Both the position numbers and the translations under genes were made by a program. The notes beneath the pieces are model-generated. The model was not told the origin of the DNA. It saw only the letters and a program-made list of their open reading frames with translations, and did not search any database. From Methanobacteriota archaeon (lineage in GTDB: Archaea; Thermoplasmatota; Poseidoniia; Poseidoniales; Thalassarchaeaceae), in the NCBI GenBank assembly GCA_002728565.1, contig PBUX01000064.1:29529-93528 (forward strand): a stretch of DNA of 64,000 nt, in the 5' to 3' direction. How positions within the stretch are numbered: the first letter of the stretch is position 1; every line of letters starts with the position of its first letter. This document shows, in pieces, positions 51,612-62,184 of this stretch.

Positions 51612-53903
51612 TTGGTCCGGCAGTTCGTGTTAGCGGCTTCAGCCGCTCTGCTTTTGATTGCGCCCGCAGGCGGGCAAATGGTGCCGACCCCTCTCGAGCA
51701 CTTTGGGCACGAGATAGGGGAACACCGGAAGCTCGCTGATTGGGGGGCGCTGACGTCTTATTTCGAGGTGCTTGCGGAGGCTAGCGGTCGAGTGGAGGTA
51801 GACACACTCGGCGCTACAACGGCAGGGCGCCCCTTTGTGATGCTTACCATCACTAGCCCAGAGAATCACGCCCGACTCGAGGAGCTTCATGAGATTCAAA
51901 TGAAGCTAGCTGATCCACGGATGGTGTCCGGAGAGGGAGAACTCGCGTGGCTTTTGGACGAGGGGAAAACCGTTGTCCTGATCACGCAAGGGATTCACCC
52001 GACGGAAGTGGGTGCAAGCCAGATGTCGGCGACCCTGGCGCATGAACTTGCTAGTTCCGACTCGGAGAAAGTCCGAGAGATTCTCGACAATGTGATTCTC
52101 TTGCAGGTGCCCTCGCTCAACCCCGACGGCCTTCAGTGGGTCACGGATTGGTATATGGAACTTGTGGGGACACCGTATGAAGCTGCTCCGTTGCCATGGC
52201 TCTATCATTATTACGTGGGCCATGATAACAACCGAGACTGGTATGCTTTCACCCAACAGGAAACGATCCTGACAGTGGAGAAAGCCCACAACGAGTGGCA
52301 TCCACAGATAGTGCATGATGTGCACCAGATGGGTGGGAGCGGGGCCCGCATCTTTTTCCCACCTTACATCGAGCCCTGGGAGCCGAACATTGATCCCGCG
52401 CTGACCGCAGCGGTATCGCAACTGGGCACATATATGGCGGCTGAGTTGACTGCTCAGGGAAAAAAGGGAGTGGTCGTAAATGCGCAGTACGATGCGTATA
52501 CACCCGCGCGGGCCTATATGCACTATCACGGCGCTGCACGAATTTTATCGGAAACCGCTTCGGCGCGGATGGCCACGCCAGTAACTGTTCCGCCTGAGGT
52601 TCTAGGTCCAGGTCGCAACTTCAACGCGTCAAGGCGATCGTGGAACTTCCCGAGCCCTTGGAGGGGAGGGGCATGGGGATTACCTGACATCGTTGAGTAC
52701 CAGAAAGCAGGAGCTATGGCCCTCCTCACAAATGCTGCTCGCAATCGCCGCTATTGGCTTGAGAATTTCTATGGCGTGAACCAGCGGGCCGTCCAGAAGT
52801 GGGATACCTGGCCAACCGCATGGATCATTCCTAGTGGTCAGGGTAACGATCCCGGAGTGACGTATGCACTGAGAACGTTGACGATGGGAGACGTGGAGGT
52901 TTATACCGCTGAGGCCGCATTCACGGCGGATGGAGTCGACTTTCCGGCTGGGAGCTTGGTGGTCCCGATGAATCAGCCTTATGCGAGCTTCGCGAACACG
53001 ATGCTTGAGATCCAGGAATATCCAGATCTGCGCGAGTATCCGGGTGGCCCCCCACAAAGGCCGTATGATGTGACTGCGCATACGCTCGGCTACCTGCTCG
53101 ATTTCGAAGCCGTTGCTGTCGACGGTCCTTTGGACGTGCCACTGAGCGAGCCGCTGGGTGTCCCGGAGTTTGACTTCCGCTTGCCAGAGCGGTTATCGGC
53201 AGCTGATGGGCCGCGGGTGGCTATGTATAAGTCGTGGCAAGAGCCCATGCCTGAAGGGTGGCAACGCTGGGTCTTTGATCAGCACGATATGCCTTACGAT
53301 ACGCTGCATGATGCAGACATTCAGGGAGGGGCACTGTCAGAGTACGATGTTCTTTTGTTTCAGGCGCAGGGTGCTCGCTCAATCGCTCAGGGTCATGGTG
53401 AAGGCACAGTGCCGCCGCAGTACGCGGGCGGCCTTGGAGAGGCAGGGGCTTCCGAGGTAAAGGCCTTTGTAGAGGGAGGTGGGCGCGCCATAGGTGTTGA
53501 GGCGGCGACCGATTATCTGCGCGATTTATTCGACCTGAGAATCTCGGATCTCACCGATCGTTTGCGGAACACTGATTTCTACATCCCGGGATCGATCCTT
53601 CGTCTCGAGCTCGATCCCGATTCGGAGATCGCGGAGGGGATGGAAACGGAGGTGTCCGCTTGGTATTGGCGCTCGAGCATGGCCTATGCGGTGGACGATC
53701 CGCGGGTCAGCGTGCTGGCTCGCTATGGCGCGGGCGACCCCCTGCTCTCGGGATGGGTTCTAGGCGGGGAGCACGTGGCTGGACAGCCGGCAATCCTCGA
53801 GGCTTCGCTGGGTGAGGGCTCGGTCGTTCTCTTCGGCTTTCAGCCCAATTATCGAGCGCAGACCATGGCCACCTGGCCCCTACTCTTTAACGCAATTCGG
53901 TGA
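51612..53903 (+). CDS. Secreted M14 family zinc carboxypeptidase (paralog of 32769-35519)
   Basis: Signal peptide, then '…PTPLEHFGHEIGEHRKLADW…'. The HxxE zinc motif falls in '…ITQGIHPTEV…'. Confidence 0.8.
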   Translation: MVRQFVLAASAALLLIAPAGGQMVPTPLEHFGHEIGEHRKLADWGALTSYFEVLAEASGRVEVDTLGATTAGRPFVMLTITSPENHARLEELHEIQMKLADPRMVSGEGELAWLLDEGKTVVLITQGIHPTEVGASQMSATLAHELASSDSEKVREILDNVILLQVPSLNPDGLQWVTDWYMELVGTPYEAAPLPWLYHYYVGHDNNRDWYAFTQQETILTVEKAHNEWHPQIVHDVHQMGGSGARIFFPPYIEPWEPNIDPALTAAVSQLGTYMAAELTAQGKKGVVVNAQYDAYTPARAYMHYHGAARILSETASARMATPVTVPPEVLGPGRNFNASRRSWNFPSPWRGGAWGLPDIVEYQKAGAMALLTNAARNRRYWLENFYGVNQRAVQKWDTWPTAWIIPSGQGNDPGVTYALRTLTMGDVEVYTAEAAFTADGVDFPAGSLVVPMNQPYASFANTMLEIQEYPDLREYPGGPPQRPYDVTAHTLGYLLDFEAVAVDGPLDVPLSEPLGVPEFDFRLPERLSAADGPRVAMYKSWQEPMPEGWQRWVFDQHDMPYDTLHDADIQGGALSEYDVLLFQAQGARSIAQGHGEGTVPPQYAGGLGEAGASEVKAFVEGGGRAIGVEAATDYLRDLFDLRISDLTDRLRNTDFYIPGSILRLELDPDSEIAEGMETEVSAWYWRSSMAYAVDDPRVSVLARYGAGDPLLSGWVLGGEHVAGQPAILEASLGEGSVVLFGFQPNYRAQTMATWPLLFNAIR

Positions 53904-54745
53904 CGTCATTGCTTCCTCGAAATCCAGCATGTTCTGAATGCGGTCGCCCGGCTTCCGGTAACTTCTGCCAAGACTGCGGTGCTGATCTAGGGGGTCGGTT
54001 CTGCAGTCAGTGCGGAGCCAAGATCTCTTTCGGCTCGAACTTCTGTGGACAGTGCGGAGCTCAACTGTCACAGGGAGGGGAGAAGACCGCTGGCCAAGGG
54101 CGTTCCCCTCGCCTTGAGGCTGCGCGCGAAGTTGTCATAGGCGGCCAAACGCTGCCATGGTGGATCGCTGGTGTGACGATGTTTGCTTTGATCCTTTTTG
54201 TGGGCTTGTCGATGGTTCGACCAGGGCCAGGACCGGTTCCGTCGACAAGTGGCCCAATTCAGCAAGGGCTCCCTGCTGAAGGGCTGGCCACCGGAGGGGC
54301 CGCTCCTGACATTTCGAATATGTCCCCTATTGAGGCTGCTGACCGGTTGTTCAACCGGGTCATGCAAGCAACAAGCGCGGGTGACAGTGCGCAGGCCCGA
54401 GCGTTTCTTCCGATGGCCATCGCGGCTTATCAGAGAGCACGACCACTGACCTTGGATGGCCTATTTCACCTCTCGATGTTGAACAGGACGGCGATGAATC
54501 TTGAGGCTGCGCTGGACAATGCGCTCGAGATCCTGGAAAGGGACCCCGACCACCTGCTTGGTTTGGCTGCAGCAGCCGAGGCAGCCATTGAGTTAGGGGA
54601 ACTCGACGAGGCGGAGTTGCATTACCGTCATTTGGCGGATGTTTATGAAGAGGAGCTCCAAGAACAGCTCCCGGAGTATGACCAGCACTCGCTGATTGTG
54701 GATGTATTGAATCAGGATGCTGAGAGATTCTTGGCTGGACGGTGA
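53900..54745 (+). CDS. Zinc-ribbon domain membrane protein (N-terminal triple CxxC ribbons, one TM segment, helical periplasmic domain)
   Basis: CSECGR…CQDCGA…CSQCGA…CGQCGA repeats, then a TM segment and an acidic, TPR-like tail. Confidence 0.5.
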   Translation: MTSLLPRNPACSECGRPASGNFCQDCGADLGGRFCSQCGAKISFGSNFCGQCGAQLSQGGEKTAGQGRSPRLEAAREVVIGGQTLPWWIAGVTMFALILFVGLSMVRPGPGPVPSTSGPIQQGLPAEGLATGGAAPDISNMSPIEAADRLFNRVMQATSAGDSAQARAFLPMAIAAYQRARPLTLDGLFHLSMLNRTAMNLEAALDNALEILERDPDHLLGLAAAAEAAIELGELDEAELHYRHLADVYEEELQEQLPEYDQHSLIVDVLNQDAERFLAGR

Positions 54746-54824
54746 CCTTACCTAGAAACGAGTGTTGTCATGCATCGCTCGAACTCTGTTTGAGCGGCGG
54801 CTGCCTGGTTTCCGACACGAGTCG

Positions 54825-55811
54825 ATGAGGGTCTTTCTGACTGGCGCGACAGGGTTGATCGGCTCTCACTTGGCGAAGTATCTAGTCGAGCGCGGTGATG
54901 AGGTTGTGGCGCTAGTTCGTCCAACGTCGGATACCGGTTTTCTGGACAGCCTTGAGGTTGTTGATCTGGTCCACGGAGATGTGAGCGATAGCGTCGACAG
55001 CCTGTGCTCCGTAATGGATGGGTGTTCCCACGTGGTGCATGCCGCAGCATTGGTGTATTCAGGACGTGGATGGGATGCGGTTGCGGCTGTAAACGTGGAA
55101 GGCACTCGCCGAGTCCTCATGGCGGCGGCCACGAGCGGGGTTCAGAAGGCCGTAAACATATCTTCGGTGGCGGTGTACGGCGGCTCTGAGCTTGAGTACG
55201 ACCAAGAAGACACGCCGGGTCCGGGAGCAGGGTTTAGCAATCACTATGCGCGTTCGAAGAGGGAAGCTGAAGTGGTGGCGAGGCAGGTGGAAAGAAACAC
55301 CGGCCTTCCTGTTACGACGCTGCGACCCTCTGCGGTTTATGGTGAACGCGACCGGTTGCTAGGCCCAGCGATTCAGCGGCTCTTGAACAGTCCTGTTGTC
55401 CCGCTCTTTGGTTCGGGTGAGAACACGCTTCCTGTGGTTTACGCAGGCAATGTCGCGGTTGCTATTGGGGTTGTCTTAGGCTCACCTGGAGGGGGAGATA
55501 GTTATGATCTAGGCATGGATCACCCCCTTAGGCAGAAAGACTTCTTCTACGAGCAGGGGTTGGGGATGGGTCGAGCCCCCCGATTCGTGCACCTGCCAGC
55601 TTTCTTGGTTCGCTCTGGCGCCCTTCTCCTCTCACGCATGGGGGTCGCTCCCCCGGGAGCCAAGCATCTTTCTCTAGAGCGGCTGGCACGGCTTGCGCTC
55701 GAGGAAAATCCCTACCTTTCCCGGCGGGCCCACCGTGATCTGGGCTGGGACCCTCCGCACAGGCACGAAGATGCCCTTAGGCGCACGGGCCGGTGGCTAG
55801 CCAGCCGTTAA
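54825..55811 (+). CDS. NAD-dependent epimerase/dehydratase (extended SDR)
   Basis: 'MRVFLTGATGLIGSHL' Rossmann N-terminus. The ORF extends upstream to 54762. Confidence 0.8.
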   Translation: MRVFLTGATGLIGSHLAKYLVERGDEVVALVRPTSDTGFLDSLEVVDLVHGDVSDSVDSLCSVMDGCSHVVHAAALVYSGRGWDAVAAVNVEGTRRVLMAAATSGVQKAVNISSVAVYGGSELEYDQEDTPGPGAGFSNHYARSKREAEVVARQVERNTGLPVTTLRPSAVYGERDRLLGPAIQRLLNSPVVPLFGSGENTLPVVYAGNVAVAIGVVLGSPGGGDSYDLGMDHPLRQKDFFYEQGLGMGRAPRFVHLPAFLVRSGALLLSRMGVAPPGAKHLSLERLARLALEENPYLSRRAHRDLGWDPPHRHEDALRRTGRWLASR

Positions 55812-55914
55812 CGAAAAAAGGAGGCAAGTAATGGCTCGGTCTTGTTGGGGGCGCCTACACTTGCTTTTTTTCATGACTAGGCTGTAAACGGACGTTCCGC
55901 GAGCAGAGAAGCAC

Positions 55915-57012
55915 GTGACAACAAATACCGACGCGCCCAAGGGATACGCGCCAGCCGGCAAAAACACCGGAGTCGTAAAGCCCAAGGGTACCTCTAAAAT
56001 CCGGGCTCACGAAGGCTTGGAGACCGTAGAGATCCGGTCTCGGAAGCCTTCGTGGCTTAAGGTGCGCTCGCCCGGAGGCCCCAATTATCTGCGCCTGAAG
56101 AAGAAAATGAGGGCAGAAGGCCTCCATACCGTATGTGAAGAAGCTGGGTGTCCAAACATTGGGGAGTGTTGGGAGGCGGGAACTGCCACCTTTATGATTC
56201 TTGGTGACGTGTGCACGCGTGCTTGCAAGTATTGCGGTGTTGCACACGGCCTCCCGACCGAGCTAGACGAAGACGAACCTCGGCGTGTTGCACAGACCGT
56301 GCAAGAAATGGCTCTTGAGCACGTGGTTATAACGAGTGTGAACCGTGATGAGCTTCCGGATGGAGGGGCGGCCATTTACGCGGAGACAATCCGGCAGATC
56401 CACCGGGAAGTGCCCGGCTGTTCCGTCGAGGTCCTCATCCCCGACTTTAAGGGTGACGAGGGTGCCTTGGAAACCGTCGTACGAGCGAACCCGGCGATCC
56501 TTGGACACAACCTTGAGACGGTTGACCGACTTCATCCCGACGTCAGGCCAGGAGGGCGCTACTGGAGATCGATTTCGTTTCTTGGTGCGGTGAAGCGACT
56601 CGACGCCAAAATGCTGACAAAGACTGGGATTATTCTGGGTATGGGCGAGGAGGAGCGCGAGATTCGCAAGGCGATGGGTGATCTCCGTGAGGCGGCGGTG
56701 GACATACTCACGCTGGGTCAGTACCTGAGACCCTCAGCGATGCACATCCCGGTCGCCCGTTGGGTCACACCGGATGAGTTTGCAATGTGGAAAGAGGTGG
56801 GGGAGCAGGAGTACGGATTTAGACATGTCGAATCAGGGCCTCTTGTTAGGTCCAGTTATCATGCCAAGGAGCAGGCTCGTGAAGTCGAAGCGGGTGGACC
56901 GGGAGCTATACAGAATGTTATGGAGGTTGATATACCTGCTCCCGCAGAGGTCGTTTTGGAACTCGTCCAGCTCGAGCTCGGCAGACCTAGCCGAACGATG
57001 AGTGGAGGCTGA
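55915..57012 (+). CDS. lipA: Lipoyl synthase
   Basis: 'CEEAGCPNIGEC' and radical-SAM 'CTRACKYC' cysteine clusters. Confidence 0.9.
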   Translation: MTTNTDAPKGYAPAGKNTGVVKPKGTSKIRAHEGLETVEIRSRKPSWLKVRSPGGPNYLRLKKKMRAEGLHTVCEEAGCPNIGECWEAGTATFMILGDVCTRACKYCGVAHGLPTELDEDEPRRVAQTVQEMALEHVVITSVNRDELPDGGAAIYAETIRQIHREVPGCSVEVLIPDFKGDEGALETVVRANPAILGHNLETVDRLHPDVRPGGRYWRSISFLGAVKRLDAKMLTKTGIILGMGEEEREIRKAMGDLREAAVDILTLGQYLRPSAMHIPVARWVTPDEFAMWKEVGEQEYGFRHVESGPLVRSSYHAKEQAREVEAGGPGAIQNVMEVDIPAPAEVVLELVQLELGRPSRTMSGG

Positions 57013-57013
57013 G

Positions 57014-58078
57014 ATGGCTGAGAAGAAAAAGAAAAAGAACGCTCTCATCGAGCATGACATCAGCGAAGACCTTGCTCTCGATCTGATGCGCGAAATGCTG
57101 CTATATCGCCGGTTCGAAGAGAAGGCTGGAGAAGCCTACGCGATAGGCAAAATCGGGGGCTTCTGTCACCTTCACATAGGCCAGGAAGCGGCAGCGGCAG
57201 GCAGCATTAAACCTCTGGGCCGAGAGGACTATGTCACAAGCGCCTATCGCGAGCATACGCAGGCGATTGCCAAGGGAGTCGACCCGAACGCGGTGATGGC
57301 AGAACTCTACGGCCGAAGGGATGGTTCCTCCGGAGGAAAAGGTGGCTCGATGCACATCTTTGACGCCGAATGCCGTTTCATGGGAGGCCACGGTATTGTT
57401 GGCGGACAAGTCCCCTTGGCCACGGGCATCGCCTGGAAAATCAAGTACAGGGGCGAAGATTCGATCTCTCTGGTCTTCATGGGTGACGCAGCTGTTAACC
57501 AAGGCGGCTTCCACGAAGGTCTGAATATGGCGGCGGTCTGGCAGCTTCCTTGCATCTATGTAGTGGAGAACAACGAGTACGGCATGGGGACCGCCTTCGA
57601 CCGAGTGTCCAAAACTGAAATGTCCACTAAGTCTTCTCCGCATGGCGTTCCGGCTCATGTGGTAGATGGCCAGGATGTACTCGCGACTTACGCTTTTTTC
57701 CGCGAGTTAACTGCTCAAGTTCGGGAAGGTGCCGGGCCGCAGTATGTGGACCTGCAGACGTATCGTTTCCACGGGCACTCCATGTCGGATCCGGTTTCCG
57801 GAACGTATCGCTCGGTGGAGGAGGTAGAGCAAGCCAAAGATGAGCGTGATCCGATCGCAATTCTGGGAGATACGCTTAAGGGGGCCGGCGTACTGAGTCA
57901 GGAAGAATTTGAGCAGATGGATGCTGAGGCCCGACAGATTGCATCAGACGCTGCTGACTTTGCGGATGCATCACCCCTTCCTGATGCGGACGCGCTCTAC
58001 AAGAACGTCTGGGCCGAGATCAACCCGAATGGCAGGCTTTTCTTTGACGGACGTCCGGAGCAAGGGGGGGCTAGCTGA
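57014..58078 (+). CDS. pdhA: Pyruvate dehydrogenase E1 component alpha subunit
   Basis: TPP-binding E1-alpha motifs. A GGAGG RBS lies 5 nt upstream of the ATG; the ORF also opens at a GTG at 57002. Confidence 0.9.
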   Translation: MAEKKKKKNALIEHDISEDLALDLMREMLLYRRFEEKAGEAYAIGKIGGFCHLHIGQEAAAAGSIKPLGREDYVTSAYREHTQAIAKGVDPNAVMAELYGRRDGSSGGKGGSMHIFDAECRFMGGHGIVGGQVPLATGIAWKIKYRGEDSISLVFMGDAAVNQGGFHEGLNMAAVWQLPCIYVVENNEYGMGTAFDRVSKTEMSTKSSPHGVPAHVVDGQDVLATYAFFRELTAQVREGAGPQYVDLQTYRFHGHSMSDPVSGTYRSVEEVEQAKDERDPIAILGDTLKGAGVLSQEEFEQMDAEARQIASDAADFADASPLPDADALYKNVWAEINPNGRLFFDGRPEQGGAS

Positions 58079-59058
58079 TGGCTGTTATGACTTATCGGGA
58101 GGCGCTAAACGCTGCTCTTTCTGAAGAAATGGAGCGCGACCCTGATGTTTTTCTTATGGGTGAAGAGGTCGCGGAGTATGACGGTGCCTATAAAGTCTCC
58201 AAGGGCTTGCTCGATATATTCGGGAGTCAGCGCGTTGTGGACTCGCCGATTTCCGAGCTAGGGTTTACTGGGTTAGGCGTGGGAGCCGCCATGGCGGGCC
58301 TGCGCCCGGTTATCGAATTCATGACCTTCAACTTCGCGTTCCTAGCGATCGATCAGGTGATCAATTCGGCGGCTAAGATGCACTACATGTCTGAAGGGCA
58401 GTTCCCGATGCCGATTGTTTTCCGAGGCCCGACGGGAGCAGCGCTTCAGCTTTCCGCCCAGCATTCTCAGGCGTGCGAGACATATTACTCACACGCCCCT
58501 GGGTGTAAGGTGGTGACCCCGGGAACGCCCGCAGATGCCAAGGGCCTTCTGAAGGCGGCAATTAGGGACAACGATCCTGTAGCTTTTATGGAGGGTGAAC
58601 TCCTATACAACTTTAAGGGGGAGGTCCCAGACGATGACGACTTCGTAATCCCCCTGGGGGTAGCTGATCTCAAGCATGAAGGGGAGGACGTCTCAATCAT
58701 CACTCACGGAAAGATGATTCACGTAGCCCTTCAGGCTGCCCAGAAACTCGACAAGGATGGCATTCAGGCCGACGTGCTGGACCTTCGGACCATCCGCCCG
58801 CTTGACATGAGCGCGATCCTAGAGACGGTAAGAAAGACAAACCGTATAGTTTATCTTGAAGAGGGTTGGCCCTATGCCGGTACTGGTGCACAGATTGTTA
58901 CGATGATCCAGGAAGAGGCATTCGACCATCTTGACGCACCGATTATCAGGGTCACCCAGGCGGATATCCCTATGCCTTATGCGAAGAACCTCGAGATCCT
59001 AGCTAAGCCTTCGGCCGATCACGTGGTCAAGGCTGTCAATAAAGTTCTGTACCGATAA
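58078..59058 (+). CDS. pdhB: Pyruvate dehydrogenase E1 component beta subunit
   Basis: Transketolase-like E1-beta, 326 aa, coupled to pdhA. Confidence 0.9.
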   Translation: MAVMTYREALNAALSEEMERDPDVFLMGEEVAEYDGAYKVSKGLLDIFGSQRVVDSPISELGFTGLGVGAAMAGLRPVIEFMTFNFAFLAIDQVINSAAKMHYMSEGQFPMPIVFRGPTGAALQLSAQHSQACETYYSHAPGCKVVTPGTPADAKGLLKAAIRDNDPVAFMEGELLYNFKGEVPDDDDFVIPLGVADLKHEGEDVSIITHGKMIHVALQAAQKLDKDGIQADVLDLRTIRPLDMSAILETVRKTNRIVYLEEGWPYAGTGAQIVTMIQEEAFDHLDAPIIRVTQADIPMPYAKNLEILAKPSADHVVKAVNKVLYR

Positions 59059-59060
59059 CC

Positions 59061-60323
59061 ATGGCTACTAAAGTCCATATGGAAGCGCTCTCTCCTACAA
59101 TGGAGGAGGGGCAGCTCGTTCAGTGGCTCAAGAACGAAGGAGACACGGTTGCCACCGGTGACGTATTGGCCGAAGTCGAGACCGACAAGGCGACAATGGA
59201 GTTGGTTGCGCGTGGAGAGGGAATTCTCCGAAAGATATTCCTCGGCGCCGGTGGAACCGCAGAGGTTGGTGCGGTGATCGGGGTGATTGCCGCAGAGGAC
59301 GAGGACATATCGGAGATCTCCGGTGTTTCAGGTGGCGGAGCCCCTGCAGTTGCGATTGTCGAGGAGGAGGTTGTCTCGACCCCTGACCCTGACCCGGTCG
59401 TTGAGGAGCCGACTTCGGGCAATACCGAATTAGCTTCTCCGGTCTCAAGAGGAGGTCGAGTTAAGGCGTCCCCGCTAGCACGGCGCCTGGCAGAACAGGC
59501 AGGAGTGGACATTTCTCAGGTCCCCGGGTCCGGACCGGGTGGCCGAGTGGTGAAAAGGGATATCGAGGCGGCAAAAGCTTCGGGAGATGCAACTCCCGCT
59601 CCGCCTGCTGCTCCTTCGTGGACCCCGGATGAAGCCGAGTACGAGGACGTACAGACGTCGCAGATGAGGAAGACCATCGCTAAGCGACTCATAACGTCAA
59701 TTGGCCCAGTTCCTACCTTCTACCTTACGGTTGATGTCGACATGTTGCGGGTCATGGAGGCGAGGAAGAGTATGAACTCGATGCTCAAAGCCGAAGGAGC
59801 CAAGGTATCCGTCAACGATATAGTTCTTAAGGCAGTTGCTGGCGCTCTTCGCCAGCACCCGAACTGCAACGCGCAGTGGCATGATGGCTTTATCCGGCGC
59901 TTTAAGGCGGTCCACATTGGTGTCGCTGTAGCGGTGGAGGATGGCCTAATTACCCCAGTTGTGAGGCATGCACACCTCAAGGGGATAAGTCAGATAGGGG
60001 CTGAGGTGAAAGAGCTTGCCGGACGGGCCAGGGAAAAGAAGCTAAAGCCAGAAGAGTACACGGGTGCAACCTTTTCGGTGTCAAATCTCGGGATGTTCGG
60101 AATCCATGAGTTCACTGCAATCATCAACCCCCCCGAGGCCGGCATTCTCGCGGTCGGTGGTATTGAGGAGACCCCTGTAGCGGTTGATGGCGAGGTTCTA
60201 GTTCGACCACGCATGCGCATCACCATGAGCTGTGACCATCGGGTGATCGATGGGGCCCAAGGATCGCGATTCCTTCAGACCCTCAAGGGCATGCTAGAGG
60301 AGCCGACAGCGATTCTCCTGTAG
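59061..60323 (+). CDS. pdhC: Dihydrolipoamide acetyltransferase (PDH E2)
   Basis: N-terminal lipoyl domain '…EVETDKATME…', an Ala/Pro linker, and a C-terminal catalytic 'DHRVIDG' motif. Confidence 0.9.
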   Translation: MATKVHMEALSPTMEEGQLVQWLKNEGDTVATGDVLAEVETDKATMELVARGEGILRKIFLGAGGTAEVGAVIGVIAAEDEDISEISGVSGGGAPAVAIVEEEVVSTPDPDPVVEEPTSGNTELASPVSRGGRVKASPLARRLAEQAGVDISQVPGSGPGGRVVKRDIEAAKASGDATPAPPAAPSWTPDEAEYEDVQTSQMRKTIAKRLITSIGPVPTFYLTVDVDMLRVMEARKSMNSMLKAEGAKVSVNDIVLKAVAGALRQHPNCNAQWHDGFIRRFKAVHIGVAVAVEDGLITPVVRHAHLKGISQIGAEVKELAGRAREKKLKPEEYTGATFSVSNLGMFGIHEFTAIINPPEAGILAVGGIEETPVAVDGEVLVRPRMRITMSCDHRVIDGAQGSRFLQTLKGMLEEPTAILL

Positions 60324-60374
60324 GTCATGGTCGTGAGCGAGGATGTCTAGGCGTAGACTGAGCCAGAGGAGGCT

Positions 60375-62075
60375 GTGATGACGATTCTCACGCGTTGCAC
60401 TTTTTGCGTTGCCATAGTTGCAACTCTTTCGTGTGTTGCTGCTGAGAATGACGTCCCCGACATGATCCTCGTAGGAGGACGAATCATTTCACCGGGTGCC
60501 GAATGGATGCCTGATCCATCAGGATCTGAGGAACTTCCCACGGGCATAGCTATCTCCAATGGACGTGTCATGATGGTGGGACCGAGCGAAAAGGTCCGGG
60601 CACGTAGCGGTCCGGAGACACGGGTTATTGATCTGGGTGGAAGGAGTGTGCTCCCAGGACTTGCGGACAATCACCTCCATTCGATTGGTGGGGGCTCGGG
60701 TGTCGACCTGTCATCCGCTCGCTCACTCGAGGACATTAGTGGAGCTTTAGCTGCAAGGGCTGGTGAGTTGCCCCCGGGGTCCATAATCGTGTCCAACAGT
60801 GACTGGCATGAAGGTCAGCTTCTTGAGCAACGCCTTCCATATCGAGACGACCTTGATCGTATGGTTCCGCTACACCCCGTGGTCGTGGTTCGGGGTGGTC
60901 ATGAATACATACTGAACTCTCTGGCTTTGGAATACTGGGGAGTAGACGAGACCGCGGCGGAAGTACCGGGCGGCCGTATTGGACGATATGCAGATGGTCG
61001 ACTCAACGGGGAACTGGTTGATCGAGCGAAAGATCTGATATCGCTCCCTCCTCCCCGGACGCGGGCCGCGGAGGCCGAGGCGTTGGATGCGCTCCAGGCT
61101 CAGTACGGGCTGCTTAACCAGCGAGGCCTCACAAGTGTGAGACATCCTGGGGGTAGCCTCGAACAGCTAGCACAGATCCGTGAATTAGAGGAAGCGGGGC
61201 GTCTATCAATGCGAGTCGAGTTCCTCTTTAGAGCTCCAAGGTCAGCGAGCCCGGAGGCGGTTGAGGAGGCCATTGACTCGTGGACCAAGCCCCAGCGCAA
61301 ATCAAGATTGGTGCAGATAGGCGGAGTGAAGCTCGGCGTAGATGGTGGGTTCGAGGGTGGCTTGATGCGAGATGCGTACGAGGGCCCTTGGGGTAACGGT
61401 GGACGTTTCTATGGGCTCCAGACTGTTCCGACGGAGGACTTTTATCAATCAGTGTCGATGCTTGCTGATGCAGGATGGCGCATAGCTACACATGCGGTGG
61501 GAGATGCTGCAATCGACTTAGTACTTGATGCCTATGCCGAGGCAGATGCGAAGGAACCCATAGCGGCAAAACGTTGGGTAATCGAGCATGGTTTTATTCC
61601 TCGACCGGATCAGTTTGATCGCATGCTTGACATGGGCCTCGCCGTTTCCGCGCAGAATCATCTATACCTGGCAGCTCCTAGCCTCGCCAAGTATTGGGGT
61701 GCCGAACGCGCCGCGTGGACGACACCGCTCCGCGAATATATTGATGCTGGTGTTCCTGTGTCCTTGGGCACGGATGCCCCGGTGGTCCCGTATGACCCAT
61801 GGTGGGTGCTGCACCACTTCACGACCCGGAGCACGATCAGCGCAGGAGTGTTTGGTGAGGATCAGGTTGTTTCCCGTCTAGAGGCCCTAGAAGCTATGAC
61901 GCTGGAATACGCTTGGCTCACCTTTAGTGAAGCCGAAAGGGGAACCCTAGACGTTGGCAAACTCGCCGACCTGGTCGTAACGCAGGAGGATTATCTTCAG
62001 TGCGAGGACCCTTGTTTAGAGTCGATGAAAGTGGACCTGACTTTGCTAGAAGGTCGTGTTGTATGGGAGCGATGA
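60375..62075 (+). CDS. Secreted amidohydrolase-3 family protein
   Basis: Signal peptide plus metal-dependent hydrolase motifs (HxH…, …HAVGD…). Confidence 0.75.
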   Translation: MMTILTRCTFCVAIVATLSCVAAENDVPDMILVGGRIISPGAEWMPDPSGSEELPTGIAISNGRVMMVGPSEKVRARSGPETRVIDLGGRSVLPGLADNHLHSIGGGSGVDLSSARSLEDISGALAARAGELPPGSIIVSNSDWHEGQLLEQRLPYRDDLDRMVPLHPVVVVRGGHEYILNSLALEYWGVDETAAEVPGGRIGRYADGRLNGELVDRAKDLISLPPPRTRAAEAEALDALQAQYGLLNQRGLTSVRHPGGSLEQLAQIRELEEAGRLSMRVEFLFRAPRSASPEAVEEAIDSWTKPQRKSRLVQIGGVKLGVDGGFEGGLMRDAYEGPWGNGGRFYGLQTVPTEDFYQSVSMLADAGWRIATHAVGDAAIDLVLDAYAEADAKEPIAAKRWVIEHGFIPRPDQFDRMLDMGLAVSAQNHLYLAAPSLAKYWGAERAAWTTPLREYIDAGVPVSLGTDAPVVPYDPWWVLHHFTTRSTISAGVFGEDQVVSRLEALEAMTLEYAWLTFSEAERGTLDVGKLADLVVTQEDYLQCEDPCLESMKVDLTLLEGRVVWER

Positions 62076-62184
62076 AGTTTGTTTCGGGATTCACGACTGA
62101 CCTGGCTGGCGCGTAAGGAGCGTCTTCGTACGTTTATCGCCCTGCCATTTTAAGGGTCATTCAACCGCAGCAAGAGGTGTCATC

